Source: Cyanophora paradoxa CCMP329 (Eukaryota > Plantae > Glaucophyta). From it: a stretch of 64,000 nucleotides of DNA. The notes under the pieces are model-generated. The model searched no databases, was not told the DNA's origin, and saw only the letters and a list, made by a program, of their open reading frames with translations. Positions 60,101-64,000 of the stretch are shown here, in pieces; positions within the stretch are counted from its first letter, which is position 1; the number at the start of each line of letters is the position of its first letter. Both the position numbers and the translations under genes were made by a program. The stretch covers positions 43,823-107,822 of the forward strand of contig QPMI01000262.1 of assembly GCA_004431415.1 (NCBI GenBank). The letters are read 5' to 3'.

Positions 60101-60609
60101 CTCGAGGACGCCATCGCCGAGCTGCGCGGCAAGACCGCCGAGGTCGACGCCGCCCGCCGCCAGGTCGACGCCCTCCTCGAGACCCTCGCCCGCCGCGGCC
60201 TCCCCGTCCCTCGGGCCCAGCCCCGGGCGGCCCCGCGAGCGCCCCGCGAACGGCTACGCGAGCGCGCGCCCCGCCTCGAACCCCGCCGGCCCCGGCGCCG
60301 GCGGCGTCGAGCGCTCCTCGAACGTCGTCGCGTGGGGCCCAGTCGCGAGCACGTGCGCCCCGAGCCCTCGCGCTCGCGCGCGCCGGCTGACGCGCGGCGC
60401 GGGGGCAGCTGGTGGTGGCGACGCCGCGGGCGAGCCAGGTGAGCCAGATCAGCAGCGTGCCGGCGCCGGCGCCGCTGCAGCCGGCGGCCGCCGCCGCCAG
60501 GCCGGCCATCGCCCGCACCGCCTCCTCCAAGCACGCGCAGGGCGTACCCCGCAACTCCTCCATCCCCCGGCCCCTCCAGCCCGCCCCCTCCGCCCCCAAG
60601 GCCCGCTGA
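57171..60609 (+). CDS. Large coiled-coil protein of unknown function
   Basis: MSEAGPAS...ALMK|DMQGLEEENRAL, followed by more than 10 spliceable heptad-rich exons. Stop at 60609. Confidence 0.75.
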
Positions 60610-61361
60610 CACCCGCCCCGCCCCACTCCAGCTCCCGGATCCTGCGCCTCCCCCATCACGCCCACCTTCCCAGCGCTAGCCTTCCGAAGTTCCCGTCCGA
60701 TCCGAGCCCCTGCTTTTGATCCCGCTGCCAGGCTGCCGTCCATCCAATTTCATCGATGCTGAGTCTCTATTGTGTCCGGGGAATACGCGCGGGGCCCGGG
60801 GGCGGATCATCGGATACTGGGGGAATGCAGGCGCGCACCGTGGCCCAGTGGCACGTGACGCAGTGAGGGGGTCTCATGATCAGCATCGATATCTTGGACA
60901 ACAGAGCACCCGGTGACCGACAAAGCAATTGCAAATAACCATGAAATGGGAAATTAAAAATTAAATATGTATACAAGATAAGGATGTACGATGGGAAAAC
61001 GATGGAAAGTCACTGAGAACTACTCTCACAGTGTAACAGAAGAGAAGCAGTGGAACTAGCCTAGTAGCCTAGTAAAAGATTTCAAATTTGCAAGTGGAGA
61101 GAAGCCCGTGGACCTAGTTAAAGCCTGAAGCCTATAGCCTAGTAGCCTAGTAGAAGAATTCAAATTTGCAAGTTGATATCTTGATAATCGCGTTTACTAT
61201 AGTTATAATTAGTAGAACCATCATGGCATTTAATTTCTACGTTTACCTAGGCCGGGCTGGCCTAGTGGCCACATGTACAGTGCCTGGCCAGTGCGAAATT
61301 GCGTTATATATATCGATAATATCATGATACGATAGGCTTGCATCGTCTCCTCTGATGATGA

Positions 61362-63608
61362 TTAGGAGACGGCGACGCTGCCGCCGCCGGAGACCGTGAT
61401 GGCCCCGGCCTGCACGCGCATCGTCGAATGCGGCTTCAGCGTCTTGCCCGTCGCTATCTTGTAGATCCTGCGCCCCGCCCCGCCACCCCGCGCGCGTCAC
61501 GTGGGCCCCGCCGCGGCGCGCTGCCGCGCGGGCGGGCGGGCGAGGGGCGGGCGGCCGCGGGGGCGGGGGCGGGCGGGCTGGGCCTCGCCTGCTCTCGGTG
61601 GAGACATAGATGTCGCCTGCGCGGCGCGCGCTCAGCCGGGGGAGAGAGGGGAGGGACGGGGTGCCGGGAGGGGGCCTCGCCTCGGGAGGAGTCCCAGGCG
61701 ACGGCGAGGGGCAATGGGATGCAGGCCGAGCTGCCCACTGCCGGCCGGCGAGCCTGAGGGGCGCTGCCGGCGAGTCCGGCAAGCGGGACGGGCACCTCCG
61801 TCGCTGTCGGCGGTGCAGGTCGTGGCGCTCGCCAGGGTCACCACCTCGTTGGTCTGCGGGGCGCGGTCCCTCGGGATCGGCCGCGGGGGCAGCAACCCCC
61901 GGGCCCCGGGGCTCGTCCAGGGGCCGCACCGCGAGGTTGACGCCCCGCACGACTTTGTTCCAGTACTCGCAAAAGAAGAACCACCCGCCGCCCACCCACC
62001 GCACGAGCGCCCCTGACTGCACCGCGGTGTCGGAGCCCGCGGGCGGGCGGGCGGGAGGGGGCCGAGGAAGGGGGTGCGGGCCGGGGGCGCACGCGAGGGG
62101 CGTAGAGCAGCGCGCTCGCGCACGGCCCGTCCGAAACCCCCGCGACTCCCGCGCTGCGCGGCGCCAGGGCCGAGTGAGGGGCGAGCGCCCGACGAGGGAG
62201 GGGGAGTTGGCGGGCAGCGCGCCCGCAGGCTGGATTCGGAGCGGAGAAGGTGCCCGTCGCGAGGTCGATGCGGTGTATGGTCGCCGACATGGCGAACTGG
62301 TGGCGAGTCGGAAGGGAAAGGGGAGGGGGGGGGGGGATGGGGGTGGGGGGGAGGGGGTCGCGGGGGCGCGGGGCGCACGGTGAGCCACATGCAGTCGTTC
62401 TCCCTATCGTAGGTGAGCCCGTTGGACGTGTGGCCCCCATTCATCATGGCTGCGTGGAGACGTGTGTGATCAGTGGCTGCGGGGGGGCCGGGGCGAGGGG
62501 GAAGGGGGAGGGGGAGCGAGGGGAAGGGGGAGGGGGGGCGGGGGGCGAGGGGGGAGGGGGGGACCCGGAGGGGGGAAGAGGGGGGGGGGGGGGGTCCGCA
62601 CCACGGAGGCCCCGCCGTCCATCGGGAGTCTGAAGATACCGTTACTGCACACGACCCAACTGCGTCGTAGCGATCAGGGCACGCGGGGCGTGCGCGCGGG
62701 GCCGGCGGCGCGGATGAACATGTGCCGCCTGACGGGGTCCAGCTCAATCGCGGCAGCGGTGCCCGCAGTTCCGCCGGATTGAGCCCAACAGACGTCGGTC
62801 GCAATTTCCTGCGGGCGGGACGGCGCGACGTCGGGCCCAGCCAGAGCTGTGCGCGATGGCGGGGGGTACCTGCACGGCGCCTCCGCGGGGCACCCTCAGG
62901 ATCTTGCTGGCCGCATCTGTGGAGACGTACCTGAGAGCGAGACCGGATCGGTCGGGGCCAGGGCAGAAGCAAAGGGCGGGGGAGCAGGCGGGTCCGGGAG
63001 GGCGCACGCGTTGAAGAGGTCGTCCAACGCGAGGCCAATGGTTTGGCTGGCACCGTACGTCGGCTTCAGGTCCGCCACCAGGCTCATCACGTGGTTCGGG
63101 TGCGTCGTCAGCCTCCGCAGGGCGCTCTGGTCATACTGTCCGGCCAGCGGCCTCGGCGTCATGCTGAAGCTTGGCGCGCGCATGCTCGGGGAGGGGCCGG
63201 GGGGAGGGCGGCGCGCGCGTTGAGGTAGTACAGGGATCGGTCGAGCCAGCAGTAGCGCAAACCCTGCGCGGCATAACCATCGTGAGAAGATGCGGAAATC
63301 GGGGCGGCTGGGATCGAACAAAGATGTCGCTTGATTGGGTTGCCGTCCCTGTACATGTGTGCGCATGCCCGCCCACGTCACGACGCCTTGCGGACCGTCC
63401 ACGGGGTGGCATGCTTTAGCTATATATACGCTATAGCTATATCTAGAGCGCGTGCACGAACCCAGCCCGCTCTGGTCCATGTCGTGTTTGCGGACCCCAG
63501 CACGGTTGTGACGGTCGGTGACGGGCTGAACATGATCACTTGTTGGCAGAGTGTCGCAGGTATCCACACCAGCAGCGTGACGAGCGCTACGTATATGTGC
63601 CTGTGCAT
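61362..63608 (-). CDS. Secreted beta-propeller (NHL/SMP-30-like repeat) protein
   Basis: Signal peptide MHRHIYVALVTLLVWIPATLC. Blade-like motifs GLALDDLFNA|YVST...KILR, AIELDPVRRHMFI, SNGLTYDRENDCMWLT, FFCEYWNKVVRGVNL and GDIYVSTES|RIYKI. Confidence 0.6.
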
Positions 63609-63727
63609 GGTGTGGTCGGGCCACTCGGCCGCAGCCTCCCAACTACCTCTGTCGGGCCCGGGTACGCGAAACGCAAAGCGCGGCTCTCCCGCGCGCGATC
63701 AATCGGGGCCCCGAACGCGCCGGCGCG

Positions 63728-64000
63728 ATGAAGATCAACATCGAGGTTCAGCTTGAGCCCGGCGAGGAGCAGCGCTTCGCCGAGATCCTCACCCTGCTGC
63801 GGGACCTGTCAAGCACCTTTCGGCTGCGCGAGGCCGCCCCGCAAGCCAACGGGCCCGCGGCGCACATCTCGCCGGCACCTCTGGCGATGACAGTGTCGCC
63901 GGCGCCAGCTCCGCTTGCGATCCAGTCGCCCCCGCCGCCCGCGGTAACCGCGCCATCGCCGGCGTACGCGGCGCCACCCGCCCCGGCATCGCCTCCTCCG
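63728..64000 (+). CDS. 5' part of a hypothetical protein, truncated by the window end
   Basis: ATG at 63728: MKINIEVQLEPGEEQRFAEILTLLRDL..., open to the window end and divergent from the preceding gene. Confidence 0.55.
   Translation, partial: MKINIEVQLEPGEEQRFAEILTLLRDLSSTFRLREAAPQANGPAAHISPAPLAMTVSPAPAPLAIQSPPPPAVTAPSPAYAAPPAPASPPP

Noticed and set aside
54-63053. Many long six-frame ORFs rich in R/G/A/P (e.g. 54-1418, 4213-6108, 31689-33080, 58191-59870)
   Set aside because: These are shadow or intron read-through frames caused by extreme GC content and few stop codons. The real proteins emerge only after splicing.
1-64000. Operon-like functional cluster (e.g. hydrogenase maturases) or RNA genes
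   Set aside because: No hydE/F/G, tRNA or rRNA is recognisable, and the neighbouring genes are functionally unrelated.

Overview
This is gene-dense, very GC-rich eukaryotic nuclear DNA with many short spliceosomal introns. A nuclear, intron-containing phycobilisome rod-core linker gene (cpcG) and several 'MAF...' plastid transit peptides point to a glaucophyte alga (Cyanophora-like; inference). About 20 spliced genes lie mostly in head-to-head pairs: crtISO, PPP1R42-like LRR protein, histidine phosphatase, SGNH hydrolase, DUF4379 zinc-ribbon protein, cpcG, an [FeFe]-hydrogenase fused to a flavodoxin-FAD/NADPH reductase, an ankyrin-TRP channel, RlmH, F-box/LRR, DUF155, Got1, UBA-like/GRAM, DHRS12-like SDR, CMD/AhpD, a mitochondrial carrier, TrmL, a 4x AGTRAP-like membrane protein, two coiled-coil proteins and a secreted beta-propeller. 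The standout is the hydrogenase-diflavin reductase fusion (12070-18122): an apparently intact H-cluster domain with no Fe-S F-domain, joined to a PNO/Met10/CysJ-type NADPH module. Downstream is a rearranged accessory block (about 18.4-31 kb). It holds a decayed RNase H-bearing non-LTR retroelement carrying an intron-containing aspartyl-tRNA synthetase fragment, a TIR-bounded segment, a lower-GC TRP gene and a frameshifted duplicate of the hydrogenase 3' end. Gene models were spliced by eye, so some starts and ends are approximate. All family calls come from motif recognition, not database searches.
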